Below the pieces are notes generated by a model. That model was not told where the DNA came from. It did no database searches and saw only the letters and a program-made list of their open reading frames with translations. The position numbers and the translations under genes were made by a program. From Paraphysomonas bandaiensis (lineage: Eukaryota; Protista; Chrysophyceae): DNA of 64,000 nt. Shown here in pieces: positions 1-12,938 of the stretch. Every line of letters begins with the position of its first letter. Within the stretch, counting starts at the first letter, position 1. The stretch lies in contig CBFFRP010000044.1 of assembly GCA_965644295.1 (NCBI GenBank), forward strand, positions 6,120 through 70,119. Direction: 5' to 3'.

Positions 1-108
1 ACGCGGCAACATCTGTTAGGGCCACCTACCGCTGCGGATTAAATTATATTTTTATCGCAAATATACACAAAAAATCAAATATATGAAATAATCTAATGAG
101 TGCACACT

Positions 109-1435
109 CTAGTTTAAAGCTTTTACTGTAACTTTTTTAAGTCTTTTATCTCTACTGCCACTTCCCCCTTTAGGAGTGCGTTCCACACGAACAGAACCAT
201 CATAAAAATGTTGAAACAAGGACACACGCCTCTTAGTCAACTCACGTTTCGATATTGTCGCCTTTGAGTTGTATTTCTTTGCAGTTACATGCTTATTTAA
301 GGTCACTGCAAGCTTAGACAAGTCTTTAGATCCTTGACGTACAAGTTCCACTCCGTTCCCAATGATACGCTCGAACACAGACTTTTTCCTTGGCTTACTC
401 AGAGCTGGCTTTGCATTTCTACCATTATTATTACCAAAACGAAGAGAACCAAAAATTGATTCATTGCGCATTCTCTTGCCCGCCTTTACCTGATTATGCC
501 TGCGAGAAGCTGTTAAAACGTCAAATATTGATTTCTTCCGCGAGCTTGTTGTTTTGGGAGACACCACCGACACCTGACAAGCTCACAGTCACATACTATT
601 GTAAACTTAATAAAAGGAAGCATATACCTTCATATTGCACATTCTATAAGTTACGTCTTCTTGAGCAATTTTGGCAGCAGCTTGAGCTCTTTCCATCTTC
701 ACTATATCCCCTCCGTTGTTTGTAATCATGTCAACAGGGAAATATTTTTTAGAAAACATTTTAGTCCGATAAGCGTCGTGAAGTTGCCAAAACATTTCAC
801 CACATAAATGCTCACGTAATTTTGCGCGCAACACAATGATTGGATACAGTATAGCACTGTGCGTGAGAATAATATTGTTAAATGTATCTCTATCGATTGA
901 GTGCTTGGCATCTTCCTGGAGCTTATGATGTAGATTGAGAGCCTGAGAGTTCTTTGACCAATTATCGCCGTAGAAATCTCGAACAATAGCATCTACTTCA
1001 CCAATATCAATACGGGAATTATCGTTAATATCATACAGGTGAAAAACATAATCAACAGTGGTCGTCTTCGTCAATGTACAGAAATCCCTGATATAATATA
1101 ATAATAAATATTAAAAAACAGTATATTATGTATTATACATACCACATCGCTAATACAAACTCATTAAACTCTAACATGATTGGTGGACGCTTATTATATG
1201 ATCGAAATACACGTCTTAAAAATGGGGTTTCATTTTCTTCAATTTTAAGTAATAATGCACTTAATGGTATGCAACCATTACTATTAATTAGTATATTACA
1301 GAAACTTTCATGAAGTTTCTTTATATCATGTGTAGAAAGACCTAATGATTGATATTTCTTATGATATGAGCCAATAGCACGACTGCGTAAGTAGACTCCA
1401 TCATAATGATGTTGTATACATAATCCACACCCCAT
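109..1435 (-). CDS. EF-hand calcium-binding protein (calcineurin-B/recoverin-like, N-terminal MGCG), 3 exons (~1435-1143, 1087-628, 573-109)
   Basis: ORFs 1133-1483, 607-1074 and 109-573 join in frame through GT-AG introns. EF-hand motif FHLYDINDNSRIDIGE. MGCG start suggests myristoylation/palmitoylation. Confidence 0.75.
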
Positions 1436-2117
1436 ATGATAAGGGTAGTATAATAATAATATTACAAAGGTTTTATTATACAAGAATAATGATATCTATT
1501 TCTATTATATCTATTAATATCATACTTCTAGTATCACTTGGTCTATATGGAGATATTCATATGTTATGATAACCTCTGTACACACTGGTGTACATACATA
1601 CTGCTGTACATACATAGTGCTGTACATACATACTGTATATATGTACACTGTCCACACAGTATATATGTACTGTATATATATATGAGGTGGATTTCTGATT
1701 GTATTGTAACGTCTATATACTGTGTGTTTTTTTATATGAGAGGATACGTACATTATGAAATATCCGTATTCTACAGGTATTTCATATAGAAGGACAATAT
1801 ATGGTATACCGTATAGTATACTTCTGTATACGGTGGTATCTCTCTGGCCTGTGGACGGAAGTTAAAGTTAAGATCTAGCAGTACCATATACTGCTGTAGT
1901 ATGCCACATATCTCATAGGGTATTATCGTATCATCCATACATACATACCTACATACATACATATACACATACACATACACATATACTTCATAGTCTAATT
2001 CACGTACATCATATACACATAGAGTGTATATAGTATGCATCTCCTCATGTTGTATACTATCTAACATCATCCATAAGTCTCATCTATATTCCCCTCTATC
2101 ATCTCTTACATATTACA

Positions 2118-4773
2118 ATGTATGAAAGTGAAGATCTTGAAATGATTCATCCTCATAATTCCCCATCAAATCCTAATGAAACTACTTCATTAATCCCTCC
2201 AACCTCCTCTAATCCATCAAACACCACACATCCATCATATAAAGAGATATACCTCATATATATCTCATATATCATAATACTATTATTAGGATGCGGTATG
2301 GGATATACTTACTATACATTTCATCAACATATCTCACATATAACACAACAATATCATATCTTACATCATCAGTTTATAGATTATCAATATAACAATGAAT
2401 TGCATATATTAGAATTAAAAGATCGTGAAAAACATTATCATAATCAATATGAATTATTAAAAAATTTTACTATTAATTATAGTAAAGAATTTAATGATCG
2501 TATATTTGTATTAGAAAATATGACAACTAATGCGGATGTGATTGATAAACTTCATATAACTGAAAAGAAAATACATAAAGAAATGGAAAATGAAAGATAT
2601 CAACTAGAGAAAGATATGGCAGCTGTACGATTGAATGTAACTCAGCATATTGCCCTCTCGGATAGTCTTATAGATGGTAAACTCTCTGATGTGGATAATC
2701 GTATACGTCGGTCAGAAGACAGGGTAAATCGATTGATTGCTCAGACGTATGAGAATGTGAGTTTGGCGGTAGCTTCTGCGGATCGACACATTCAACGCAT
2801 GCAGAGCAATGTTACTGCCCAAGTAGCCACCATGAGTGCATCAGTACAAGGGGCAGTGACCTCTGTGGGGGGTATGGTGGATGCTGCCAAAGAGGACATA
2901 TACCAGGAAGTGCAACTAGTTCATGATAGTATGGACCAATACATCGCGTTCACTAATAATCAGTTTGCCGCAGAGAATGACTTCGTCAAATATCAGCTCG
3001 CAGGTACTATAATACTAGTCGTATCCATGTTGTTGACCTGCTCTTTCAGGAAGTTTCTCCCTTTTGGCGTGCCTTATTTGCCTCTGGCACGTCACATCTC
3101 ATCTTCGACATTTCGATAATCCTGATGTGCAGCGACGTGTTCTAGCTATCTTATGGATGGTTCCCATATACAGTGTTACGAGCTGGCTAGCATTAGTCTT
3201 TCCATCATCTCAGCCTGCACTGGGAGCTTTCCGTGACTGTTACGAGGCCTATGTTGTCTATACCTTCATAGCATTTCTTATTGCAATTCTAGCTCGTGGT
3301 AAAGGTAGGGGGGAGGTCATTAATCTACTAGCATCTCGAGTAAATCCTCAAAGGTCGAATTCCGTTTTGACTGAAAGTGACAGGAATGGTCCAGGTTCAG
3401 AATTTGGAAGTGATTCCCCGGACTGCGGCGATGATTCTGAACGTAGTAGTCCAAAAAACAGCCACAAAATATCTGCCCCGTGCTCGTGCTGTATTCCCGC
3501 TCGCACTAAAAACCATCCCCGTGCGCTTGCTTCTTCTATACTTTACCAATGTCAAGTCATGGCAATGCAGTTCGTGCTTCTTAAACCACTTCTTGCCGCT
3601 GCTCCTTTCGTGTTCCGCTTATGTGGTGTGGACTACGATGATCTACAACCCATTTCGCATGGAAGCATAGTATGGGGAAGCCCAAGGCTGTACGTTATGG
3701 TGGTTGCCAATATCTCTGTCTGTGTTGCCTTTTATGGTCTTCTCAGTTTCTATCACATCACAGAGAGAGATCTTGCGTGGTGTGACCCGTGGCCGAAGTT
3801 TTTATGTGTCAAGGGCGTCGTATTCATGACTTTCTGGCAAGATATTCTGTTACAACTTATGAGTGGTTCAGGCTTAGTGGACTCTAAAGCCGCTGCACAG
3901 ATTCAAAACTTGCTAATATGCATTGAGATGTTTATGGCGAGTATTGCGCATTTCTATGTTTTTCCGCATTTCGAGTGGGCCAAAGGATATCGCAAGGAGG
4001 CCCTTACACGTACGCGCATACGCGACACGCTTGCGCTACCGGACTTCGTGACAGACGTGCGACTTATGACCTTTGGTAAGGGATGGGAGGTAGAGAGCAA
4101 CGGATCAATAGACAGGTCATCTCCTATGCAGAAGGAGCGTAGTACAGGTAGCAGAGGAGAGGAAACTGCTTTAGTTGACAGAAGACGAAGTCGCAGTGGA
4201 GACATTTCTCCTGATGCAGAGAAACATAGTACTTGGAGGGAATATGGGAGCTGTCTGCAGATGCGGAGCCAGGATCAAAGTGACAGAGGGAGTGAAGGAA
4301 GTGGGGACATGGAAGGCCTGGCGACCAGTCTGTACACATACAGCACTATAGATCCCCCATCGTCAGATGACAACGAGCCCAGAGTGGGCAGCAGGAAAAG
4401 AGAACCTAGCTTTCGAAGGAGTGTGGGTGAATCGAAAGGATCACCAGAAAGAATGAGGTTTCAAGCAGAGCATGGAGGGAAGGAAGGGCATATCGAAAAT
4501 GAACCGATGTGCTCTGTGGCAGCCGCTCTTGGGTCGTTGGACTTTTCGTGTACTGACAGCTCCCATGTCCCATTCAGCTCCAGTCTTCATGCTTCGGATA
4601 ATGAAGACACAAAAGAGATGAAGGCTGACACAGCACCTGCACCTACTACAAGTTCTAACAGCAGTAATAAGTCAAACTCACGTGCGACGAAGCGATCCCC
4701 TGATGTAATATTACATGGTAGTGATGAGGAGCTGTCGACTGATGAGGATGTTATAGTTGTTGCTTCAGTTTAG
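2118..4773 (+). CDS. TMEM184/OSTalpha-family (Solute_trans_a) membrane protein with an N-terminal TM plus coiled-coil extension; intron ~3004-3049
   Basis: Motifs ILWMVPIYSVTSW, FRDCYEAYVVYTF, PKFLCVKGVVFMTFWQ and IQNLLICIEMF. The two ORFs join through a GT-AG intron (YQLAG-SFSLLAC). Confidence 0.9.
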
Positions 4774-5146
4774 TGATGGTGTGTGTATAGTGAATTGCAA
4801 TCGCAAATCGAATAATGTTTGGTTTTAGGTTAGTGCTGAAATGCTAGGTTATTTTGTATATTCTGTAATAAGTGTTGTTATGATACATTTGTTTTGATTT
4901 TTCAAAGCACGGCAGTGCTAGCGTTTGGACTCATGCCCATTTCGGAGTAGAAGTCTTACTCTGAAAAGGCATGCAAAATATACACACTAAATCATATCCT
5001 ACATCTCTTGAGTTTTGCTTGTAGTTGACCTGCAAGGTTAGTTCAAAGTTATAGAGTGATAGCCGTTGGTGGTGAACACACTTTCCCGGTGTTGCTCAGA
5101 GAGTACCATGGCAACTCACTAATATTCTGTGATAATACACTCAATT

Positions 5147-5333
5147 ATTCATAATAAATTTCGTATCAACCTTCGGTTCGATGCATCGTTCAAGTTTCTG
5201 CCCTATCAGTTTTGGATGGCAAGGTGTTGGACTATCATGGATTTAATGGTAACGGAATATTAGGGTTCGATTCCTAACAATTCCGGACTTTTTTTTTTAC
5301 AGTCCGGTAATTTGAATGAGAACAATTTAAATC
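5147..5333 (+). pseudogene. Degenerate 18S rRNA fragment (two 5'-domain segments joined by an internal deletion)
   Basis: caagtttctgccctatcag...ggatgg...gtaacggaatattagggttcgattcc, then taacaat...gtaatttgaatgagaacaatttaaatc. Both resemble conserved eukaryotic SSU sequence with scattered substitutions. Confidence 0.85.
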
Positions 5334-5709
5334 TATTTTCAGAGTTCAGTTACTTCAAAGGGTGATTAGTATGCCAGAGCTTGATAAAAACGAAGCACTG
5401 ATTACAGAAGGTTTAGGAGAAAGTCATAAAATATGTCCAGTCTTTTTTGTAAGTGCTACGGAAATGCGTGGTGACAATTTAAACATCAGAACCACAAATC
5501 GTAAGTTTAAATAACAAATATTTAGGTAACAAGTTATTAGGATGCAGTACGATCATGTTCGAAGTCCAAAATCAGCGCCAACTATTCACTGAAGGTCGAA
5601 TACTTAACAAGAACATAATAAACATATAATAGAGTTATCGTAACACAAACTCTGTGGTGATAAGTACTCTATTATGGGCCGGCAAAACTGGTGCTCTCAA
5701 TGGTGACTA

Positions 5710-7235
5710 TTAGCTTCTAGCCAAACGTAAGTCTGTAACCTTTTTCACAGGGAAGCATTCTGTGTACGCAGGATCATCCGATATCCATCCAGCAAATGGT
5801 GTGGCGGAAAGAAAAGTCTCCCGCTTGTGTCTATAAGTGACGACTTCTTGTTTGCAATCTCTATATGAACATGAACCACAGTAACTTTCCCCCATGCATT
5901 CTAGCAGGTCAAGATAAAGGGATGCTATAGCCCTGTAACATTGTCAGTAGTCAAACACAAAATCATCCCTGGGTGTTACCTTCGGCATAATCGGGACTCC
6001 AAATTACTTTTCCCCAGCTCTGCATTTTTGCTAATGGACGCTTTGGCAGCTCCCTGTGGCCTGCCAGTCGCGGCTAAGGTTACTTCTACTGTGCCCCCAA
6101 GCACCCTCCGCTGTCTATTCGAGCTGTCGATATGCTTACTATCCACATTAAAGGGTACATCAGCAATCCAATTAATACTCGTGGCACATGGTGTGGCAGC
6201 ACCCTGGGAGCCACGCTTGCGTTTCTTTTCAATAGTACGGTCTGCATCACTCTTGTCCTGTGCTTCTGTCAGAAGTGCAACTTCGACAGCACACTTTCCA
6301 TATTCAAATACAACATCACTGGAAGCAATAAACAACTCTGGTATGCATGGACAAAGCGCACACGATGAACGAAACGAGTGTTCGATACGGTCTACCAATG
6401 CTCGACGTAGTGCTTCCAGTTGTGCGCCTTCCTCTGCACCAGGGTCATTTCCAATCACTATCCCCGCTAGAGTTATCGGATTCTCCAGCACACGAGGTAT
6501 CAGACACCTGCTCGGTCACAAAAACGGAACATTGTGTCAGATGAGGCAAACGACTAGATTTTATACTGACCCTTGTAAACCCAAACAGCACCAACGTGTT
6601 ATCTTATCGGTGCAACTCATGGAAGAACTTCGAACGGAGTCGTCCATGTCTCTCCTCCCAGGTTTCAATCGGAGCATATTCACATATGCATTGTCCAAAG
6701 AATCATCTACTTTATGACTATCTCCATCTTCCTGTGATACACTTGTGGCAGTCCTACGAGATTTCTCGCCCGTAAAGGAACGACATAGCCCAGTTCGTTT
6801 ATACACTGACGCCTCACCGCAGGGACTATCAGAAACATAAAGCCACAATGACCAAGATGACTTCATTACCAACTTAAAACCCTTCGGATTTGATGAATCA
6901 ATATGTTTTTCAAGTGGACAATATGGATTTAATTGAAATGATTCATCTTTTTGTAAATATAATGCACATAATAATATATAACGTATAAGACATCGACGAC
7001 TTAATACTTCTGCATGTGAATCTGATAATATAGCACCAGGTTCATAAGATTTAGATGAATTACTTAAACATTTTGTACCCGATGTTATAGCAATAATAAA
7101 ATATCCATAATGATCTATATATGCAACTATGCCTGATATAACGGTAAATTGACCGTTACATGGCTTCCCATTTGATGGTAATTGAGAATAATGTTGAATA
7201 ATTAATTCAGCTATATGATCTGCTTTATTTTTCAT
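5710..7235 (-). CDS. ADAT1: tRNA-specific adenosine deaminase 1 (ADAT1/Tad1, A_deamin domain), 3 exons
   Basis: SGTKCL, DSHAEVLSRR, YVSDSPCGEAS, LRLKPGR, SMSCTDKITRWCCLGLQG and SNLESRLCRR motifs; no dsRBD seen. Confidence 0.88.
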
Positions 7236-7518
7236 GAATATATAAAGGATATTAAGTTATAGGTGAGGTTTATATGTATTGTATTGTTAAGTGGTTTAGT
7301 TAAGGGCTATATGGACACAGCAGCGCACATACACACAACACTCGTACACTGCTTTATATGGTTTGGTGTATAAAATTAGGAAAATATGGTTATATATTGA
7401 GTATTTTATAGGATTTTTATATTTACTTTGATCATAATCAAACTTTTCAACGAAAATGTAGGAATTTTTACATAAAGGCTTGTATACGAGCAGCTGTATA
7501 GCAGTGTCCATCGGATCG

Positions 7519-7653
7519 ATCTTATTTTTCGGAAGTAAATTGAAGCATATATCCTCTATATTATTGTAGTACAATATACAGCTAAAATACAGATAATTAT
7601 TGTCTCAATATTAGAGGAATCTTTCATCAAAAATATACAAAGGATGCCGATAC
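7519..7653 (-). mobile_element. ~150-bp TIR repeat (MITE-like, family A), copy 1, 3'-truncated
   Basis: Reverse complement matches the copy at 7675-7825; ends at AAGAT. Confidence 0.85.
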
Positions 7654-7674
7654 AATGTCAGTTCACAATATACA

Positions 7675-7825
7675 CGTATCGGCATCCTTTGTATATTTTT
7701 GTTCCAAGATGCCTCTAATATTGAGATAACAATTGTCTGTATTTGTGCCGTAGTTGTATTGCAGTAATATAGAGAATATATGCTTCAATTTATTTCCGAA
7801 AAATAAGATGCTGACTGCCGATACG
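7675..7825 (+). mobile_element. Family A MITE-like element, copy 2 (complete)
   Basis: TIRs cgtatcggca...tgccgatacg; internal ttgttccaagatgcctctaatattgaga...ttgcagtaatataga...cttcaatttatttccgaaaaataagatgctgac. Confidence 0.85.
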
Positions 7826-8303
7826 CAACGAAGACGAAGAGATACATACTACGAACGACTGTACATATACAGCAGACAGCAGGATATAATACGAGGGACA
7901 TGGACAACAGATGCGTGCATTGTGTGCAATAGCTCTACCTCAATACCGACAGACACCATCGCACAGTCATGTGCCATTATTGTCTTCAGATTAACAGCTA
8001 ACAGAGAGAATACACACACTCTATATACATACATGAACAAGATATATACCTCTAAGAGAAGAACGATGACTAAGAACTTGATATGTCAACACTGTAGAGA
8101 GTGTGTAGTATCTCTGAATATGTATAACTCGCCCAATCTACATATAACCACACAATACTGAATACTGTATATAGTCAGCACCGTAATGATCCCTCAAATG
8201 TTGAATTAGTATGAACGACAATTATTGAAATGATCCTGTGATCGACTATTTAGACGAACATCTTAATATGAAATCTACTGTACTTCCCAGAATTCTGTGT
8301 TGC

Positions 8304-8917
8304 AGTGGCATAGCAAAGGTACATTGCTATGTTACCTGTTGATATGTATGGTTGGTGTTGTAATGCTGTGGCTCATTGCATGAAGGACTGCTGCAAGAAT
8401 TGCTATCCAGAGAAGAGTAAGTAATAACCGGGATGGCTCACACAAATGATAGGAGGCAGTATATGTCATATATACTATTCGATGAGGTTAAATTGTAGCT
8501 TATCCTCTAGTGGCATAGCAAAGGTACATTGCTATGTTACCTGTTGATATGTATGATTGGTGTTGTAATGCTGTGGCTCATTGCATGAAGGACTGCTGCA
8601 AGAATTGCTATCCAGAGAAGAGTAAGTAATAACCGGGATGGCTCACACAAATGATAGGAGGCAGTATATGTCATATATACTATTCGATGAGGTTAAATTG
8701 TAGCTTATCCTCTAGTGGCATAGCAAAGGTACATTGCTATGTTACCTGTTGATATGTATGATTGGTGTTGTAATGCTGTGGCTCATTGCATGAAGGACTG
8801 CTGCAAGAATTGCTATCCAGAGAAGAGTAAGTAATAACCGGGATGGCTCACACAAGTGATAGGAGGCAGTATATGTCATATATACTATTCGATGAGGTTA
8901 AATTGTAGCTTATCCTC
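8304..8917 (+). repeat. Three near-identical tandem copies of a 205-bp unit
   Basis: agtggcatagcaaagg... starts at 8304, 8509 and 8714; only about 2 substitutions seen between copies. Confidence 0.95.
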
Positions 8918-9842
8918 ATGATGTTAAACATAGCTACTAACAGCTATATTTAACATTAGGTTGTATAGCTTTTAGTAGCTTGCTTGCTATAATAAGAAAT
9001 ACGTGTGTCCTGATTAGCATTAAGAAAACAAAAATGGGAATACATATTGTTTCAAATGAACGGTATGTATACTGGCTGTGTATGCTTTGGGAGTATTGCA
9101 ATTGCACTATAGATCAACTCAAACAATAAACCCCCAAATTTCTATATAAAATAGTAGCCAACAACAAATGTACTCTTACCACAGAACACAGAAGGATACT
9201 GAGGGAATAGCAACTGTGAGGTTTTGAAATTCGTACATAAGTGTGATGATGAATGTGAACAGTTGTAGTCGCACGAAAGGCTTCTTATTACCTTAATTAG
9301 CATCATCATCACATTTATATACAATGTGCTTACCCTCCTCTGCTAGTGCACCTGATCGAATGATGTGAGTATGAGTATGATATAAGGTAAACTATATCCT
9401 CATAAGCACAAAGTAGCTCAAACCCTAAAAGAACTGGATGCCACTGCCCTTAACCACCTAATATACAGCATCAGATATCAGATATGGCACTTAAACTCTC
9501 CAGAAATATTCTTGAAGTTGTTACGAAGTCCTGGATATGAAGATAGATCGCTTGCACGGACATCATTTATGATCTTGTACAGCAGTCGAAGGGTGAATTA
9601 CTATAACTTGGATTGTTTGATGACCTGCTCTTGATAGTTTGTTCATGATTGTGGTCTCTCTACAATAGTGTTTTATAATGAAATCACGTACATATGACTA
9701 TCAACATCATAATAAAGATAGAAGTGAGCTTCATTTGAACCGAATATTGAAGTGGAATGTCTATATTTTCCAGATGCTAATATGAGCGCCCTGTTGAGAC
9801 AAAATCAGGTCAAAAGAAAGCTTTTTTTGAGACAAAATGGGA
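8897..9842 (+). repeat. ~1-kb dispersed repeat (family B), homologous in inverted orientation to 49120-50070
   Basis: Shared colinear blocks, e.g. ctgagggaatagcaactg, gaaattcgtacataagtgtga, gcacgaaaggcttcttatt, gcacttaaactctcc, gatagaagtgagctt. Confidence 0.85.
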
Positions 9843-10016
9843 ACAAGATACTTATTGTTATTAGTCTAGGTAAGCGCATAATCAAATTCCAATGTTACAG
9901 TAACACACCACCATAGATATATCACCCATACACTCCTCTTAACGGATGTAAACTATCATAAAAATATCATAAAATATCGGGGCCTATTATAATTCAATAG
10001 ACCATCTGAAATGTCT

Positions 10017-10427
10017 TTAAACTCTAGACCATTTACCAGTCGTGGTTTCCTCGCTAAACTCACACTTTTCGATAATAGTTTCAACGGCTGCAACCCCCAA
10101 AGCCGCTATTGCGTTCGCTGTAAAGTATGCCGCAAATTTTGCTTTGAAAGTTGACCAAGCCACAGCCGGACTATCAAACCACATCTCGATTGTACATGCA
10201 CTACTGGCGAATAGAACGGCATTTCGGACGTAGTTTTTCACCATTTCTTTCGAAAGGTGTGCAATATCTGGATATCTGAATAGTATTCGCATATACTTGG
10301 ATCGTGTGTATGCTACTGGTAGATGAGCTTTAATCTTTTTCCCGAATACACTCCCCACTGTCGTCAGCTCCATACATATCTTACTATCTGGCTCTCTATG
10401 AAGAGCTGCAATCTGAACAGTGATCAT
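10017..10427 (-). CDS. Hypothetical 136-aa intronless protein with an Ala-rich amphipathic C-terminal half
   Basis: Clean ORF with protein-like composition inside otherwise stop-rich DNA. Confidence 0.5.
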   Translation of the reverse strand: MITVQIAALHREPDSKICMELTTVGSVFGKKIKAHLPVAYTRSKYMRILFRYPDIAHLSKEMVKNYVRNAVLFASSACTIEMWFDSPAVAWSTFKAKFAAYFTANAIAALGVAAVETIIEKCEFSEETTTGKWSRV

Positions 10428-11516
10428 GTCTGGTAAGAAAAGTTATTGAGTAGTAAGAAATGTGTGAGATATGTATATTTGCTGCTCTGCTTTATGTGTC
10501 TGTTAGTAGCTGAATTGTGAGTTGATGCTGTGATGCTCCCACAGATTGTATCCGATATCTGGATAATCAGACACTTTCCTGCACTCTTCTTCAATAATGA
10601 CAAATGAAAACACAAAGAAACAGCATGGTAGGTTTCCATTGGCTAATGACAATATTGCCATATAGATATCTAATTTCCAGATTTTTATACATAATATAAA
10701 GTCGTAGTTATATATGTACAGTATATATGACTATATAGCTAGCTACATATGAGATCTGAACACTATGTAAACTCAATAGATGCCAACTATGAGGATATAG
10801 AACATACTTATAGTAAAAAATTAGTTCAATTATGCTTCATATTATCATGTATAGCTGATTCATTGGGATACTATCATCTAGTTAGTGATATATATACTTA
10901 TACTCCTGTTTCTAGTGGCAGAAACTGAGCAGATGACAACTACATGAGTGAGATATGAAACTCAAATCGAATATCAGACACTAGTTGTACCATAACATGG
11001 TCATTACTCCTCACATATAACTCAGCTGTAAGAAGCTATCTTGAGATCTATCGATAGGAATTGAAGTGATACAGTGAAATGTTCTGTTAAAACGTATATG
11101 TAAATATCTATTGGAATGACACTTATTGCATTTATATGACCAATTCAAAGAGGTTGTGTATATCGGAGCATAACAGTTCTATGATTTTGGTCAGGCATGG
11201 TTTATAAAGTAATGATAGAGCTACTGTCGATCACTTCTTTTACATATTCAACGTTTCCCACAACCAGTTCGAGCAGTGCTGGATTCTATTGAACGCATCA
11301 CTGTGGCGGAATAATTGTATTAACTAGCTGACGAAACACCCTCTCGTGGCTAGGCTAGATTGTTTCTGCACAATGTGCCGCACTCGCTCCACTACGGGAA
11401 AAAAGGAATCAGGCAACACTGGTAGTTGTCGTTATGCGGTAGATCTTGATGCATAGAGTCGTTATTAATAATAACTGAATCATTTCATAAATAGAATATG
11501 TACAATGTACAAGCAT

Positions 11517-11638
11517 CAGGGCTGCTTATTAATTAATTGTCAATTATTGAAATTGCATTTATTCAAATTGGAAAATCTATTCATAATTGCAATTATAATT
11601 GGCTCCAGCTCGCTTCAATTAATTGATACGCAGCCCTG
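11517..11638. mobile_element. 122-bp hAT-type MITE with an 8-bp TSD (ACAAGCAT)
   Basis: TIRs cagggctgc..attaattaattg / caattaattgat..gcagccctg. acaagcat occurs at 11509-11516 and 11639-11646. Confidence 0.92.
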
Positions 11639-11945
11639 ACAAGCATATGTATAAACAATACAGAGCTGTTGGCATTGCATATGGGTTAGCAGAACCGGAG
11701 ACTCTGGTATCTCATCATAGGGCATCTTTAAAGCGATATTTTAAACTTACACGTTATATGAGACGAAAACATTGTGAACTGATTCTGAACTAGTATGTCT
11801 CTTGAAGAAGTAGCTAAGAGCAGGCAATGATAGAGACAGCAGACTAATTGTACGAATATTGTTAATTTTAAACATCAATAAGCATAATGCATACATGAAT
11901 AATACTTCTTAAAACGATAGCAAGGTGATAGAAGCGTCCACCATT

Positions 11946-12938
11946 CTAGTCCACTTCACCATCAGAGGTATATGATACACCACCCTCTCCGAAGAGAGAA
12001 TCAAACGTAATTCTCTGCATCGCTTCTTCAGAATACAACTCCGTCACTGGAGCAGGTCCAATAGAGAATACATCCCTTTCACTTATAGTCATGCAGTCCA
12101 ATGCTCTGGTTGGGAGAGAGGATGGGGTTGATCGAGATAGAGAAGAAAGATTAACAACTACGGGATCTGAACGATAAGATGTTAATCTCCGCAAAGTGGT
12201 ACTTGCTGTGCTTGTGAAAACGCTCCCATGCACCCGCTCCCGGTATTGCTTTATCCTTTCCTTAGCAGCCATTATCTCTGAATCAGAGAGAACAGGTACA
12301 CGAGTCGGAATACCGCCACCTTTGCCTCGCGAGCGCTGTTTAGATTTATTACTGCTACAAGAGGAGTTCAGAGAGGTAGTCGATTCACTGTCATCACTGC
12401 GGCAACCCAATGTAACGATGGGCTTCGAGGGGTTCGAGGGAGGGGGAGAGGTTACCATCGCCGGGTTTTGAGGCTTCGTGGGCAATATGACTTTCTCTTT
12501 CGTAATAGAGCTGCTTGAAGATGCCGATTTTAAACGACGACGAGCTGACTTGAGAACAAATGGATTGGAGTACGCACTTCCGACAAGCTCTCCTATTTCA
12601 CTTCCAGGAGAAAAGCGATAGGCAGCAACGAGGAAAACATGCCTTTCCATAGCGCGATGTTTGTTGGAGGTCCACCCGTAGTGCCATCCAAGAAGTTCAC
12701 GGTTGAACTCGCAGGTAATTATACCCTGATCTGAAACCCCAACCACACCCTCGTAGTACTTCCCGAGGATGTTAGTTGCAGAGCGGCGGTTCTCTAGGAA
12801 TCCACTGCGCGTGAGTGTTGAGCTAGGAAATAACGCCAACTTCTCAGCTGTAAATTGACCAAGCCAAACAACATCTTTTAGTGGTATATCACTGCAATCA
12901 AGTCCGTTATAAAAATCACAACGTGCTAATAGTTTCAT
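11946..12938 (-). CDS. Hypothetical protein: compact N-terminal domain (WHYGWTSNKH...HVF...SNPFVLKSARRR) plus Ser-rich tail; upstream exons appear disrupted
   Basis: 330-aa ORF with normal coding composition. The frame continues upstream beyond an in-frame TAA at 12951-12953. Confidence 0.65.
   Translation of the reverse strand: MKLLARCDFYNGLDCSDIPLKDVVWLGQFTAEKLALFPSSTLTRSGFLENRRSATNILGKYYEGVVGVSDQGIITCEFNRELLGWHYGWTSNKHRAMERHVFLVAAYRFSPGSEIGELVGSAYSNPFVLKSARRRLKSASSSSSITKEKVILPTKPQNPAMVTSPPPSNPSKPIVTLGCRSDDSESTTSLNSSCSSNKSKQRSRGKGGGIPTRVPVLSDSEIMAAKERIKQYRERVHGSVFTSTASTTLRRLTSYRSDPVVVNLSSLSRSTPSSLPTRALDCMTISERDVFSIGPAPVTELYSEEAMQRITFDSLFGEGGVSYTSDGEVD

Noticed and set aside
5941-6717. 258-aa plus-strand ORF, and similar antisense ORFs over the C2/EF and ABCG genes
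   Set aside because: Shadow ORFs opposite well-supported genes, with no motifs of their own.
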